Origin: an uncultured Pelagibacteraceae bacterium
GTDB taxonomy: Bacteria; Pseudomonadota; Alphaproteobacteria; Pelagibacterales; Pelagibacteraceae
Direction of reading: 5' to 3'
DNA: 64,000 nucleotides
Assembly: GCA_902533075.1 (NCBI GenBank)
Contig: CACAKN010000003.1
Location: forward strand, 11,731-75,730
Part shown: positions 40,428 through 52,123 of the stretch, in pieces
Layout: each line of letters starts with the position of its first letter
How positions within the stretch are numbered: the first letter of the stretch is position 1
Program-made: the position numbers and the translations under genes
Notes under the pieces: generated by a model
Database searches by the model: none
What the model saw: the letters and a program-made list of their open reading frames with translations, nothing else
Told to the model about the DNA's origin: nothing

Positions 40428-40431
40428 ACTA

Positions 40432-40523
40432 TGGCGGAAGAGGAGGGATTCGAACCCTCGGTACAAGTTTCCTCGCACGGTCATTTAGCAAACGACTGGT
40501 TTAAGCCTCTCACCCACTCTTCC
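40432..40523 (-). tRNA. tRNA-Ser(GCT)
   Basis: Reverse complement GGAAGAG...GTCGT-TT-GCT-AA-ATGAC, long variable arm, GGTTCGAATCC, CCA. Confidence 0.96.
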
Positions 40524-40636
40524 AGGTGACTAAAAGTCATATATTATTAGTATTTTTTAATATGATAACTAGTATATTATAGGTTGATTTTATTGAAATT
40601 AAATAATTATTTTATAAATTAAGCTTTTTTAAAATT

Positions 40637-42664
40637 ATGAAAATTTTACTATGCACAGTACCTGATGGAACATTAAAATTTCAGAAAGATCGTGTTCCTT
40701 TAATTCCTAGAAGAAAAGCAGAAAAATTGTTTTCTTGGTCAGGAAAAGACAATGAAATGCCTACTTTTCCAATAGGGGTAATGCGTGTTTTAGCAGCAAT
40801 TCAACAAAATGGATATGATGGTGAAATTTATGATTTAAATAATCTACGACAATCAGATGACGAAATAATTAAAAATTTTAAAAAGATAAAACCAGATATT
40901 GTAGGGCTAAGTGGACCTTTGTCACATTGCTATCCAAATTTAAAACATTTGGCTAAAATCATTAGAAATCTTTTTCCAGATGCTTGGATTATAGTTGGTG
41001 GTCATATCTCAGGCTCTTCTCATATCATATTAAATAGAACTGAAACAGATATTGTTGTGGTTGGTGACGGTGAGATTTGTTTTAATAAACTTTTAGATTA
41101 CATTAAAGATAATAAAGACAGAAAAAAAATAGATTATAATTACCTTAAGTCAATTAAAGGTCTAGCTTTTTTAGACGAAGAAAAAAAATTAAATTTTACA
41201 GGTTACGGTGATCAAATTAAAGGAACTGAAATGGAATATCCTAGTTTCTCTAAATGGGAGCAAGGATTAAAAGAATACGGAGGAAGTGATAACTTAATAA
41301 ATGAAGTTTTTCAAGATGCTGATGATTTAGGAAATATATTTGGATTAAATGTTGAAAAACAACATAGAAGTTCGGAACTATTAAAAATCCACAATAGTCT
41401 TAAAGACAAAAAAGTTGGAAGAATTCAAACATCAAAAGGATGTGTAGCTAAATGTACTTTCTGTCAAAGGGCGACTAAAGGTTACAGAGTTTTTGGCCAT
41501 AACCATATGGAAGCGAGAATTATTGAATTAAAAGAAAAATATAATGTTGGAGTTTTATTAGTCGATGATGAAAATTTTGGAAGTAATAGAGTTCAAGCCA
41601 GAGAATGTGCGAGATTGATGAAAAAACATGGAATTTATTGGTCTTCTCAAGGAGCTAGAGCAGCGAGTATTAATGTTGAAGATTTAAAGTTTTACAAACA
41701 AAATAATTTATTAGCTATTAGATATGGTATTGAGTCCGGTAGTCAAACAATTTTAGATATAATGGAAAAAAAAACAACAACCCATCAAGTTTATGAACAA
41801 ATAGAGGCTTGTACTAGATTAGGTGTTGCGACGACAAGTGAGGCATTCATGTTAGGGTTTCCTGGAGAGTCAAGAAAAACTGTTATTGAGACATCTGAAT
41901 ATAATGGTCAATTAAGATTTTTATTAGGAAATTCTTGGAATACACATTATCCAGCTTGGGCAACTTCTATTCCTGGAACACCTTTGTATGAATACACACA
42001 ACAAATAGGTGTTGTTGGAACTACTTTAGATGAAGAGGAGGAATATCTTTATAGAACGTCAGATACTATGGAAGATAGAGGTATTCTTAATTATCTTAAT
42101 AAAACAGAATTTGATATAAAAGAAGTACATTATTGGCTTTACTTATATCGATATGTAGGAAAAAAAGCCTATGTTGATGAAATTATAAAAAAGCATAAAA
42201 CTCTTAAAAGAATAGTTTCTCAAATCTATCACCATTGTTTAAAAGAAGCTTTTATAGGATATATTCACGACTATAAAAGACGTATAAATAAAAAATTTGG
42301 TTTCAAAAACAATATTAAAACTTTTTTACAGATAACAGCAAAATATATCACAGCAACAAGCGTTCCCTTTTTGCCAAGATTTATATTATTACCATTATTA
42401 AAGATGATGTCAGATTTTAGTTTTAGAAATTTGGAAAAAAGGTTCAAAGTCAAAAATGGTCCACAAAAATATAATTTCTTTGTTGATAGAAGGGCTGAAA
42501 AAAACATTCAAAAAGGATATGATTTTACTAAGAAAAATATATCTGAGTCATCCAGGATAATTGATAGATCACTAAGAACTATTGTAAAAAAAGAAGCTGA
42601 GATTGTTAATTTACCACTTTCAAAAGAAGAAAAGAATATTGAACTTATTGCAAAACAACAATAA
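40637..42664 (+). CDS. B12-binding-domain radical SAM protein (class B-like)
   Basis: KPDIVGLS...IIVGG...VVGDGE B12 fold; [11 protein letters not shown] (CxxxCxxC); DENF, GIESGSQ, GFPGE, PGTPLY. Confidence 0.88.
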   Translation: MKILLCTVPDGTLKFQKDRVPLIPRRKAEKLFSWSGKDNEMPTFPIGVMRVLAAIQQNGYDGEIYDLNNLRQSDDEIIKNFKKIKPDIVGLSGPLSHCYPNLKHLAKIIRNLFPDAWIIVGGHISGSSHIILNRTETDIVVVGDGEICFNKLLDYIKDNKDRKKIDYNYLKSIKGLAFLDEEKKLNFTGYGDQIKGTEMEYPSFSKWEQGLKEYGGSDNLINEVFQDADDLGNIFGLNVEKQHRSSELLKIHNSLKDKKVGRIQTSKGCVAKCTFCQRATKGYRVFGHNHMEARIIELKEKYNVGVLLVDDENFGSNRVQARECARLMKKHGIYWSSQGARAASINVEDLKFYKQNNLLAIRYGIESGSQTILDIMEKKTTTHQVYEQIEACTRLGVATTSEAFMLGFPGESRKTVIETSEYNGQLRFLLGNSWNTHYPAWATSIPGTPLYEYTQQIGVVGTTLDEEEEYLYRTSDTMEDRGILNYLNKTEFDIKEVHYWLYLYRYVGKKAYVDEIIKKHKTLKRIVSQIYHHCLKEAFIGYIHDYKRRINKKFGFKNNIKTFLQITAKYITATSVPFLPRFILLPLLKMMSDFSFRNLEKRFKVKNGPQKYNFFVDRRAEKNIQKGYDFTKKNISESSRIIDRSLRTIVKKEAEIVNLPLSKEEKNIELIAKQQ

Positions 42665-42681
42665 TTAAATGTATTTTAATT

Positions 42682-43935
42682 ATGAAAAATAGATACTCAC
42701 TTTTTTCTCTTATCAAAAATGCTTTTTCTTATCATGAGAACTGGGAGAGAGCTTGGAGAGATCCTGAACCAAAAAAAGAATATGATATAATAATTATCGG
42801 TGGTGGTGGTCATGGTTTAGCAACAGCCTATTACCTTGCAAAAAAACATGACATGAAAAATATTGCTGTTGTAGAAAAAGGTTGGATAGGAGGAGGAAAT
42901 ACAGGAAGAAATACAACAATTATAAGATCTAATTATTTATGGGATGCAAGTGCTGGTCTTTATGATCATGCTTTAAAAATTTGGGAAGGTTTATCTCAAG
43001 AATTAAATTACAATGTAATGTTTAGTCAAAGAGGAGTTATGAATCTAGCTCACAATCTTCAAGATGTGAGGGATTTAAAAAGAAGAACTCATGCAAATAG
43101 ATTAAATGGAATTGATGCAGTTTATTTAAATACACAACAAGTTAAAAAGTTTTGCCCAATAATTAATACCTCTCCTGATATCCGTTATCCAGTTCTGGGT
43201 GGCACTCTACAAAAAAGAGCTGGAACAGCAAGACATGATGCTGTTGCGTGGGGTTATGCTAGAGGAGCCGATGAAATGGGTGTAGACATTATTCAAAACT
43301 GTGAAGTTAAAGGCATTAAAAGAAATGGAGATAGTGTTGAAGGAATTGAAACTACAAAAGGTTTTATTAAAACAAATAAAATAGGTGTTGTTGCTGCAGG
43401 CCATTCTAGTGTTATAGCAAATATGGCAGGATTAAAATTACCTTTAGAAAGCAAACCTTTACAAGCTTTAGTATCTGAACCCGTTAAACCAATAATAGAT
43501 ACTGTAGTCATGTCAAATGCAGTACATGCTTATGTAAGCCAATCTGACAAAGGTGAGCTAGTAATTGGTGCTGGTACAGACGATTATGTTTCTTATTCTC
43601 AAAAAGGAAGTCATGATATTGTTGAAGGGACTTTAAATGCAATTTTAGAATTATACCCAATATTTAGTCGAATGAGAATGCTTCGACAATGGGGAGGAAT
43701 AGTGGATATATGTCCAGATGCAAGTCCAATTATAAGCAAAACATCTATCAAAGGTTTATATTTTAATTGTGGTTGGGGAACTGGAGGGTTTAAAGCAACA
43801 CCAGGATCTGGAGATTTATTTGCTCATACAATAGCGAATGACGAGCCACATAAACTTAATGCTGCATTCAATTTAAATAGATTCGTAAGTGGTGACCTTG
43901 TTGATGAACATGGTGCAGCAGCAGTGGCGCACTAA
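42682..43935 (+). CDS. soxB: Sarcosine oxidase beta subunit
   Basis: [34 protein letters not shown]. Confidence 0.95.
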   Translation: MKNRYSLFSLIKNAFSYHENWERAWRDPEPKKEYDIIIIGGGGHGLATAYYLAKKHDMKNIAVVEKGWIGGGNTGRNTTIIRSNYLWDASAGLYDHALKIWEGLSQELNYNVMFSQRGVMNLAHNLQDVRDLKRRTHANRLNGIDAVYLNTQQVKKFCPIINTSPDIRYPVLGGTLQKRAGTARHDAVAWGYARGADEMGVDIIQNCEVKGIKRNGDSVEGIETTKGFIKTNKIGVVAAGHSSVIANMAGLKLPLESKPLQALVSEPVKPIIDTVVMSNAVHAYVSQSDKGELVIGAGTDDYVSYSQKGSHDIVEGTLNAILELYPIFSRMRMLRQWGGIVDICPDASPIISKTSIKGLYFNCGWGTGGFKATPGSGDLFAHTIANDEPHKLNAAFNLNRFVSGDLVDEHGAAAVAH

Positions 43936-44210
43936 TGTTTATTATTAATTGTCCTTTTTGTGGAAAGCGAGAACAAAGCGAATTTAAGGCTGGGGGTGAA
44001 GCTCACATTGTAAGACCAAAACAACCCACAGAATTAAGTGATGATCAATGGGCTGAATATCTTTTCATGAGAAAGAATATCAAAGGAATTCAATTTGAAA
44101 GATGGAACCATGCGCATGGTTGTAGAAAATGGTTTAATATGGTTCGTGATACGTCCAACGATGAAATAAAAGCAGTTTACAAAATGGGTGAAAAACCACC
44201 AACAAAATAG
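43935..44210 (+). CDS. soxD: Sarcosine oxidase delta subunit
   Basis: CPFCG...EF...H-x-HGCRKWFN. Confidence 0.94.
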   Translation: MFIINCPFCGKREQSEFKAGGEAHIVRPKQPTELSDDQWAEYLFMRKNIKGIQFERWNHAHGCRKWFNMVRDTSNDEIKAVYKMGEKPPTK

Positions 44211-44213
44211 ATA

Positions 44214-47200
44214 ATGACAAAAAATCTAAGAGTTAAATCTGGAAAAGTAATTGATGAAACTTACAGAATTTCATTTAAATTTAATGGGAACACTTATTAC
44301 GGTTTCAAAGGAGATACACTTTCCTCTGCATTGTTAGCTAACGATGTTCATTTAGTAGGTAGAAGTTTTAAATATCATAGACCAAGAGGTATAATGACCG
44401 CTGGTTCGGAAGAACCAAACGCTATCGTTCAACTTCATGACAAGTCTTCTAGAACAGAGCCAAATGTAAGAGCAACAGAAGTTGAAATTTATGAGGGTTT
44501 AGAAGCATCCAGTCAAAACTGTTGGCCGAGTGTAAAGTTTGATATTGGTGGAATAAATAATTTTTTATCACCTCTCATTCCCGCGGGTTTTTACTACAAA
44601 ACTTTTATGTGGCCTGCCAGTTTTTGGGAAAAATATGAATATTTTATCAGAAAATCAGCTGGATTAGGAAAATCACCTACAGAACCAGATCCTGATGTAT
44701 ATGAACATAAATACATTCATTGTGATGTCTTGGTAATAGGATCAGGTATCTCAGGCATCATGGCTGCAAAAATAGCTGCCAAAAATGGATTTAAAACTCT
44801 ATTGGTTGATGAAAAACCAAATCTTGGAGGGTCAACTATTTATCAAAACTCTGATTATTTCAAAATTAACAATCAAAATTCAAATTCATGGTTAGAAAAA
44901 GAAATTAATGAAATTAAAAAATTAGAAAATTTAGAAATTAAAACAAGAACAAGTGTTGCAGCTTATCATGGTTATAACTTTTTATTAGCTCGAGAAAACC
45001 TTACTGATCATTTACCTATTGAGCAAAGAAAGGGTAAAACAAGACATAGGCTACTTAAAATAAGAGCAAATAAAGTAATCTCTGCTACAGGATCAATAGA
45101 AAGACCAATGATATTTGATAACAATGATCGACCTGGGATTTTACTTTCATCAGCTGTGAAAAGATATGCAGATTTATTTGGTGTTGCTTGTGGTGAAAAA
45201 TGTATTCTTTTTACTAATAACGATAGTGCATATGAAACTGCTATAAGTTTAATTCAAAAGGGAATAAATATTGAAGCTATTGTCGACAACAGAGAGAAAG
45301 TAGACTCTAAATTACTTTATGAAGTTGAAAAAAGTAATATCAAAATTTTTAAGGGCTATACAGTAACAGACACATTTGGCTATAAAAGAATTAATAAAAT
45401 TTCTATTAAGCAACTATCCAAAGATGGTCAGAAGGTAGTTGGGTCTAAAATAAGTTTAACTTGTGATTGCCTTGGTGTTTCTGGTGGATGGACACCAGCG
45501 GTACATTTATTTACACAATCTGGTGGAAAATTAAAATTCAGAGAAGATGATCAGGTTTTCATTCCAAACACTTACCCTTCAGATCAGATAAGTATTGGTT
45601 CATGTAATGGGGATTTTACTTTAGATGAAATTTTGATAAATACACCAAAATCCTTAAAAGAATTTTTGAATATTAAAAGTACCAACTATGAGAATTTAGA
45701 AGTTGTATCTTCAATTAATAAATCAAAAAGAAACATTTGGTTATTACCATCGGATAAAGTTCTGGGTAAAACAAAATCTTTTGTCGACTATCAAAATGAT
45801 GCTACCGCAAAAGATATTAAACTAGCATTAAGAGAGGGTTTTAGATCAATTGAACATGTAAAAAGATACACAACCACTGGAATGGGAACAGATCAAGGCA
45901 AATTAGGTAATATGCATGCGCTTGGAATTATTTCTGAAACAGCAGGTGCTAAAATGGGTGAATTAGGTACAACTACTTTTAGACCACCCTATACTCCTCT
46001 AACTTTTGGAACAATAGTTGGACGAAACGTTGGAGAATATTTTGACGTAATTAGAAAAACACCAATTCATAATTGGCATGAGAAGAATAAAGCTGAATTT
46101 GAAAATGTAGGTCAATGGAAACGAGCATGGTATTATCCAACAGAGAATGAGAGTATGCACCAGGCAGTTCAAAGAGAAAGTAAAGCAGCAAGAGAAAGTG
46201 CTGGAATTTTAGATGCATCTACTCTTGGTAAAATTGATATCCAAGGAACAGATGCTTCTGAATTTTTAAATCGTGTTTATACAAATGCTTGGTCAAAACT
46301 AGCTGTTGGAAAATGTCGATATGGTTTAATGCTTAATGAAGATGGTATGGTCTATGATGATGGTGTTACTACTCGATTAGGTGAAAATCATTATATAATG
46401 ACAACAACAACAGGCGGTGCTGCCAATGTAATGGGTAAATTAGAAGATTACCTGCAAACAGAATGGCCTGAATTGGATGTTTATTTAACATCCGTAACAG
46501 ATCATTTTGCAACAGTAAGTGTTTGTGGACCGAATAGTAAAAAAATTCTAAAAAAAGTTATTCCAGATTTAGATTTTTCAGACGAAAATTTTCCACATAT
46601 GTCATTTAAGAATGCAAAAATCGGTAAAATTAATTGTAGAATTATGAGAATTAGTTTCACAGGAGAACATAGTTATGAAATTAATATCCAGGCTAATTAT
46701 GGTAAATCAGCTTGGGAAAAATGTATGGAAGCAGGAAAAGATTATAATATTACACCATATGGTACTGAAACAATGCATTTACTTAGAGCCGAAAAAGGTT
46801 TCATAATTGTTGGCCAAGATACTGACGCTACAATGACTCCTATCGATTTACAGATGGATTGGATTGTAAGTAAAAAGAAATATGATTTTATTGGAAAAAG
46901 ATCTTTATATAGATCTGACACAATTAAAGAAGATAGAAAACAACTTGTTGGATTACTAACTGAAGATCCTAATGAAGTATTGGAGGAAGGTGCACAAATA
47001 GTAGCTGATGTAAATAAATCACCTATAGAAATGTTAGGTCATATTACGTCAAGTTATTACAGTCCTAACCTAAAAAAATCGATAGCACTTGGAGTTGTTA
47101 GAGGTGGAAAAAATATGATGGGACAAAAATTAATAATACCAATGGAAAAAAAGAATATCAACGTAACAGTGGCTGATCCAGTTTTTTTAGATAAGGAGAA

Positions 47201-47219
47201 CAAAAGATTAAATGCTTAA
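44214..47219 (+). CDS. soxA: Sarcosine oxidase alpha subunit
   Basis: RSFKYHRPRG, KRYTTTGMGTDQGK, C-terminal GcvT-like domain. Confidence 0.95.
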   Translation: MTKNLRVKSGKVIDETYRISFKFNGNTYYGFKGDTLSSALLANDVHLVGRSFKYHRPRGIMTAGSEEPNAIVQLHDKSSRTEPNVRATEVEIYEGLEASSQNCWPSVKFDIGGINNFLSPLIPAGFYYKTFMWPASFWEKYEYFIRKSAGLGKSPTEPDPDVYEHKYIHCDVLVIGSGISGIMAAKIAAKNGFKTLLVDEKPNLGGSTIYQNSDYFKINNQNSNSWLEKEINEIKKLENLEIKTRTSVAAYHGYNFLLARENLTDHLPIEQRKGKTRHRLLKIRANKVISATGSIERPMIFDNNDRPGILLSSAVKRYADLFGVACGEKCILFTNNDSAYETAISLIQKGINIEAIVDNREKVDSKLLYEVEKSNIKIFKGYTVTDTFGYKRINKISIKQLSKDGQKVVGSKISLTCDCLGVSGGWTPAVHLFTQSGGKLKFREDDQVFIPNTYPSDQISIGSCNGDFTLDEILINTPKSLKEFLNIKSTNYENLEVVSSINKSKRNIWLLPSDKVLGKTKSFVDYQNDATAKDIKLALREGFRSIEHVKRYTTTGMGTDQGKLGNMHALGIISETAGAKMGELGTTTFRPPYTPLTFGTIVGRNVGEYFDVIRKTPIHNWHEKNKAEFENVGQWKRAWYYPTENESMHQAVQRESKAARESAGILDASTLGKIDIQGTDASEFLNRVYTNAWSKLAVGKCRYGLMLNEDGMVYDDGVTTRLGENHYIMTTTTGGAANVMGKLEDYLQTEWPELDVYLTSVTDHFATVSVCGPNSKKILKKVIPDLDFSDENFPHMSFKNAKIGKINCRIMRISFTGEHSYEINIQANYGKSAWEKCMEAGKDYNITPYGTETMHLLRAEKGFIIVGQDTDATMTPIDLQMDWIVSKKKYDFIGKRSLYRSDTIKEDRKQLVGLLTEDPNEVLEEGAQIVADVNKSPIEMLGHITSSYYSPNLKKSIALGVVRGGKNMMGQKLIIPMEKKNINVTVADPVFLDKENKRLNA

Positions 47220-47775
47220 TTATAATCAAGCTCTACCTGAAGATACATTAATACAAGATCTTCAAATGAAAGAGGTTAGACCAATAATGAAATTAATAAT
47301 AAGAGGTAAAAAAAGGAATTTTATTTCTGCTATTGGAAAATCTTTAAACATTCTATTACCAACAGAGGCAAATACATCTGCTCAAAGTGATAAATTAGCA
47401 GCCCTTTGGCTAAGTCCAGATGAATGGATGATTTATTCGAATGAACCTGTTGATGAAAATACAAATAACTATGAAACTGAAGAACTATTGAATAATAACA
47501 TTTCAAAATTGAATCTTGGTGCAATAACAGATGTTACTGATCAATTCGTAATGATTAATCTCAAAGGTAATAAAATTTATGAATTATTCCAGTCTGGATC
47601 ACCCTTCAATTTTAATGATTTTCAAAATAAAAAAGGCACTGTTGTTCAAACAATTTTAAACAAAATTGATGTAATCATGCATAATCGTGATAAAAACACT
47701 GTAAATCTCTTTGTTAGACGATCTTTTTCACAACATTTGTTTTCATGGATGAACGACGCTGCGTCAAGATTATAG
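47212..47775 (+). CDS. soxG: Sarcosine oxidase gamma subunit
   Basis: [13 protein letters not shown]; operon position. Confidence 0.9.
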   Translation: MLNYNQALPEDTLIQDLQMKEVRPIMKLIIRGKKRNFISAIGKSLNILLPTEANTSAQSDKLAALWLSPDEWMIYSNEPVDENTNNYETEELLNNNISKLNLGAITDVTDQFVMINLKGNKIYELFQSGSPFNFNDFQNKKGTVVQTILNKIDVIMHNRDKNTVNLFVRRSFSQHLFSWMNDAASRL

Positions 47776-47809
47776 TCACTATTTATTTTCAAATAAGTTA
47801 TCAAACAGA

Positions 47810-48577
47810 ATGAAAAAAATATTATTAGTTGCTTTATTAGCCTTTTTACCCTTTTCTTCAAATGCAGAATCTAATTTAGACAAAATTCTTTCAGCAGGAG
47901 TTTTGAAAGTTGGAACAACTGGTGACTGGGATCCAATGACAATGAAAGATCCAGCAACTAACAAGTACAAAGGTTTTGACATTGATGTGATGAAAGAACT
48001 TGCTAAAGATATGGGTGTTAAAATCGAATTTGTTCCTGCAGAGTGGAAAACTATCGTATCTGGTATTACTTCAGATAGATATGATATTTCAACAAGTGTA
48101 ACGAAAACTCCAAAAAGAGCTGAGGTAGCAGGTTTTACAGATACTTACTATAAATATGGAACTGTACCATTAGTTCTTAAAAAGAATTTAAAAAAATTTT
48201 CAACTTGGGACTCGCTTAATAATTCAAATGTAACAATAGCTACTACTCTAGGAACTTCTCAAGAAGAAAAAGCAAAAGAATTTTTTCCAAAATCTAAATT
48301 AAATTCAATTGAAGCTCCAGCTAGAGACTTTCAAGAAGTTCTTGCTGGAAGAGCTGATGGAAATATTACAAGTTCAACAGAAGCAAATAAATTAGTAATT
48401 AAATATCCTCAACTTGCTATAGTTCCAGATGGAGAAAAAAATCCAGCATTTTTAGCGATGATGGTTCCTAAAGGCGATAACAAATGGAATAATTACGTTA
48501 ACGATTGGATAAAAAAGAAAAAATCATCAGGCTTCTTTACTAAGTTATTAGCGAAATATAATCTAAAAAGCTTATAA
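47810..48577 (+). CDS. Family-3 solute-binding protein, cyclohexadienyl-dehydratase-like clade
   Basis: Signal peptide, [16 protein letters not shown]. Confidence 0.85.
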   Translation: MKKILLVALLAFLPFSSNAESNLDKILSAGVLKVGTTGDWDPMTMKDPATNKYKGFDIDVMKELAKDMGVKIEFVPAEWKTIVSGITSDRYDISTSVTKTPKRAEVAGFTDTYYKYGTVPLVLKKNLKKFSTWDSLNNSNVTIATTLGTSQEEKAKEFFPKSKLNSIEAPARDFQEVLAGRADGNITSSTEANKLVIKYPQLAIVPDGEKNPAFLAMMVPKGDNKWNNYVNDWIKKKKSSGFFTKLLAKYNLKSL

Positions 48578-48617
48578 TCAATTAGTAATTAATTTTTAAT
48601 TCTTTATAAATCAGAGG

Positions 48618-49349
48618 GTGAGAAATTTATTTTTTTTACTTCTGATACTACCTTTAACCTCATGTGGTAAAAATGAACTTAATTGGTTAATTTTATCTCC
48701 AAATAATGTTGAAGGATTAACTAATCTCAAATTTCTATTAAGTGGATTAACTACAACTATTTATATTTCAGTTGTGTCAATAGTTATTTCAATGATCATT
48801 GGTTTTATTGTTGCCGTTCCCTCGTTAGCAAAAAGTAAATTCTTAACTTATCTAAATATTGGATATGTTGAAATAGTAAGAGCTATCCCACTTCTAGTAT
48901 TAATCCTGTGGATTTATTACGGTTTACCTATTATGACTGGAATAAGCTTTAGCCCCTTTGTCTCAGGAATTATCGCTCTATCTATAAGCGAAAGTGCATT
49001 TCAAGCAGAAATATTTAGGGCTGGAATAAACTCAATTAAAAAAGCACAGTGGGAAGCAGGAAGTTCTTTAGGTTTAAATTTTTTTAGAAAATTAAGACTA
49101 GTTATTTTACCTCAAGCAATTAAAAATATTTTACCAGCTATTGGTAATCAGTTTGTTTATGTTTTGAAAATGTCTTCATTAGTTTCGATTATTGGTATTG
49201 GAGACCTAACAAGAAAAGCAAATGAGTTAGTAGTTACAACTTATAGACCTTTAGAAATTTATACTTTTTTAATATTAGAATATTTAATTTTAATACTAAT
49301 AGTTTCTTACTTTGTAAGAAAATTAGAAAATAAACTTAAAAAAGATTAG
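48618..49349 (+). CDS. Polar amino-acid ABC permease (GTG start)
   Basis: YVEIVRAIPLLV, AEIFRAGI...QWEAG EAA loop. Confidence 0.9.
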   Translation: MRNLFFLLLILPLTSCGKNELNWLILSPNNVEGLTNLKFLLSGLTTTIYISVVSIVISMIIGFIVAVPSLAKSKFLTYLNIGYVEIVRAIPLLVLILWIYYGLPIMTGISFSPFVSGIIALSISESAFQAEIFRAGINSIKKAQWEAGSSLGLNFFRKLRLVILPQAIKNILPAIGNQFVYVLKMSSLVSIIGIGDLTRKANELVVTTYRPLEIYTFLILEYLILILIVSYFVRKLENKLKKD

Positions 49350-49891
49350 TTTTTTTTTCTCCAATCCCAGGGCATTTTGAAAGTACCAGCCCACAAACCT
49401 AACTTGTCTTTTTTAGCTAAATTTTCATCAGATACAAATTTCTTTGAGTACTTTCTATATGCAACAGCATATCCATTTAAAACCATCCATCTATTTATAT
49501 TCGTTTTGTCTTTATAACATTCTGCAATAAATCGGTTATATCTGTCTTTATTATTAAACTTACACATAATGAATTTATCATTAATTTTACTTTTCAACTT
49601 ATTAGTGGAAATGACTCCACATTGATAATTACTATTGAAAGTTAGAAAAGAAATCGATAACCAAGGTTTTTTACATTTTTGTTTTTTTTCTGGTGCATCT
49701 ATACCAAAAAGTCTAATCTTATTTCTTTCTATCTTTATAGTGTCTCCGTCAATAACTTTAGCTATACCAGAGATAATCTTAAGCTCTTGTGATTTTACAT
49801 CGTTATATGTAAAGAAAAAAAATAATAGACAAATACTAATAACTAAAAAGAGTTTTATTTTGTTTAAATACATTATTAAGAAAATAACCAA
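49346..49891 (-). CDS. Thermonuclease (SNase-like) family protein
   Basis: VIDGDT, IRLFGIDAPE, DRYNR, GLWAG...PWDWR. Confidence 0.88.
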   Translation of the reverse strand: MVIFLIMYLNKIKLFLVISICLLFFFFTYNDVKSQELKIISGIAKVIDGDTIKIERNKIRLFGIDAPEKKQKCKKPWLSISFLTFNSNYQCGVISTNKLKSKINDKFIMCKFNNKDRYNRFIAECYKDKTNINRWMVLNGYAVAYRKYSKKFVSDENLAKKDKLGLWAGTFKMPWDWRKKN

Positions 49892-51206
49892 TAAATATTA
49901 AAACAGCAATTCCCATTACCCAATTTGTTGCCATAATAGTGTAAAAAATATCTTCATAGTCTCCTCCTCTAATATTTATCACATACCATAAGCTTAAAAA
50001 GGGAAATGCAGTTAATCTAAATATACTTAAATAAAGACTATAAAGAGGTTTCTTTACAGCTTGAAAAACAGCTGTTGTGATAAAAAATACTGGATAAATT
50101 GGTCCAATTAAAGCTGCAACTTTTAAATAAATTGCACCATGTTTTATTGCTTCTTTATTATCTGTAAACAAAGATACGAAAAACTCAGCACCAAAAAATA
50201 ATATTATTCCAGCAACAACCATAAAAGAGGATCCAAAAAATAATGCTTTTGTATATAATTCTCTTATCCTGTCAAAGGCTTTTGCACCAAAGTTTTGACC
50301 TCCTATAGAAAGAACTGCTGTATTTAATCCAATTACTGGAAGTAAAAAAACTTGCTCTACTCTTAAAGCTGCCCCATATCCTGCTGTAGCTAAATCACCA
50401 AATTGTCCAATAAAATATAAAATATTAAAAATTCCAACTCCAATAAACAACATGCTAAACATAATAGGGACTGACTGCCTTGTTAAAGGATTTAAATATT
50501 CAAACTTAGGAATAAAACACACTAATTTTAAGTATTCTCTAATTTTACAATTATTTACTTTATAAGCTAAATAGATTGTTCCGATTAGTTGTGAAATCAC
50601 TGTTGCTATAGCAAGTCCAGCTATACCGAAAGCAGGAATAATTCCATAACCCCATATAAAAAGAGGATTAAGGAAAATATTTAAGAAAAAACTAAATATT
50701 AAAACATTTCTATAACTTTTTGTATCTCCTTGAGCATTTAATGTTCCATTTAAAGAAATTTGTATTAATACTATGAAAGTTCCATAAAAAATAATATCCA
50801 AGTATTCTCTAGTAAGTTTTATTCCAACAGCATCGGATCCCATAACTCCAAGAAGAAAATTAGAAGCATTCAAACCAAAAATTGTTACTAAAACTGAAAT
50901 TACTAAAGCAAAGATTAAAGATTGTGCAATATACATAGAGGCAACTCTTTCTTTTTTTTCACCAATAGAGTTACCAATTATTGCATTAGTAGCTGCACCT
51001 ATTCCAACACCAACAGCAATTATAGTAAAATAAATTGGAAATGATTTGGCTATTGCACCAATTGCTTCTGCTGAAATTTTTCCTGCAAACCAAGTATCAA
51101 CTAAATTATAAAATGTTTGAAAAAGAGATCCTACACTCGCAGGTATTGTGACTTTACGAAGTAAAAACCATATTGGATCTTTGGTAAGCTTGTATGAAGT
51201 AGACAA
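49836..51206 (-). CDS. MATE family efflux transporter
   Basis: FYNLVDT, about 12 TM, GQNFGA. Confidence 0.9.
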   Translation of the reverse strand: MSTSYKLTKDPIWFLLRKVTIPASVGSLFQTFYNLVDTWFAGKISAEAIGAIAKSFPIYFTIIAVGVGIGAATNAIIGNSIGEKKERVASMYIAQSLIFALVISVLVTIFGLNASNFLLGVMGSDAVGIKLTREYLDIIFYGTFIVLIQISLNGTLNAQGDTKSYRNVLIFSFFLNIFLNPLFIWGYGIIPAFGIAGLAIATVISQLIGTIYLAYKVNNCKIREYLKLVCFIPKFEYLNPLTRQSVPIMFSMLFIGVGIFNILYFIGQFGDLATAGYGAALRVEQVFLLPVIGLNTAVLSIGGQNFGAKAFDRIRELYTKALFFGSSFMVVAGIILFFGAEFFVSLFTDNKEAIKHGAIYLKVAALIGPIYPVFFITTAVFQAVKKPLYSLYLSIFRLTAFPFLSLWYVINIRGGDYEDIFYTIMATNWVMGIAVLIFIGYFLNNVFKQNKTLFSY

Positions 51207-51214
51207 AAATTTCC

Positions 51215-52123
51215 TTATTTAAATTCTTTTTGAAAAATATATTTTTTTCCAGATTGTTTTGCTTTGTATACCTGACTTTGTCTCATTCTAAAACGTGATT
51301 TTTGAGTTTCTGTTAATTTATCATGACAATCTGGGCAAGAAACTCCCTCTTCATACTTATTTGATCTTTTATCTTTTAAAGATATAGGCATTCTACATCC
51401 ACCACACACTGAATAAGAACCTAACTTTAATCTATGTTTTAGACTAATTCTATTATCAAAAACAAAACACCCCCCTTTCCACAAACTTTCTTTTTTCTTA
51501 ATTTTATTTAGATAGTTTAAAATTCCACCATTTAGTTGGTAAATATTCTTAAATCCTTTCTTCTTTAGATAAACTGAAGTTTTTTCACAACGTATTCCAC
51601 CGGTACAAAACATTGCTACTGGTTTATTTTTCTTCAGTTTATTTAAATACTGAGGAAAATCTCTAAAGTTAGTTACATTTGGATTTACTGATTTTTTAAA
51701 AGTACCAACCTTATATTCAAAAGGTTTTCTAGTATCAATTATATGAGTATCTTTATTCCTAATTAGTTTATTCCAATCTTTTGGGTCTAAATGAGTTTTG
51801 ATATTTCTGTCTTTAGAATTTATACTTAAATTCATTGGAACAATTTCTTTTTTAATTTTAACTTTAAGCTTATGAAATGGTTGAAATTTAGATTTAGACT
51901 CATTTCGACTATCAAATTGTTTAAATGAGAATAAAGATTTTAGTTTTTTGGTAATTTTATCAATATCTTCGATATTACCAGAAAAAGTGCCATTTAATCC
52001 TTCTTTAGCAATGATTATGTTTCCTTTAATATGACTTGAAATAAGGAACTTCTGTAATAAATCTTTATTTTTTTTTAAAGATTTAACCTTTACAAATTTA
52101 TAAAAGCCAAAAACTTTAAACAT
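51215..52123 (-). CDS. trhO: Rhodanese-domain tRNA U34 hydroxylase (TrhO/YceA, UPF0176)
   Basis: EGLNGT, MFCTGGIRCEK, L-x-GGILNY, CFVFDNR. Confidence 0.88.
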   Translation of the reverse strand: MFKVFGFYKFVKVKSLKKNKDLLQKFLISSHIKGNIIIAKEGLNGTFSGNIEDIDKITKKLKSLFSFKQFDSRNESKSKFQPFHKLKVKIKKEIVPMNLSINSKDRNIKTHLDPKDWNKLIRNKDTHIIDTRKPFEYKVGTFKKSVNPNVTNFRDFPQYLNKLKKNKPVAMFCTGGIRCEKTSVYLKKKGFKNIYQLNGGILNYLNKIKKKESLWKGGCFVFDNRISLKHRLKLGSYSVCGGCRMPISLKDKRSNKYEEGVSCPDCHDKLTETQKSRFRMRQSQVYKAKQSGKKYIFQKEFK

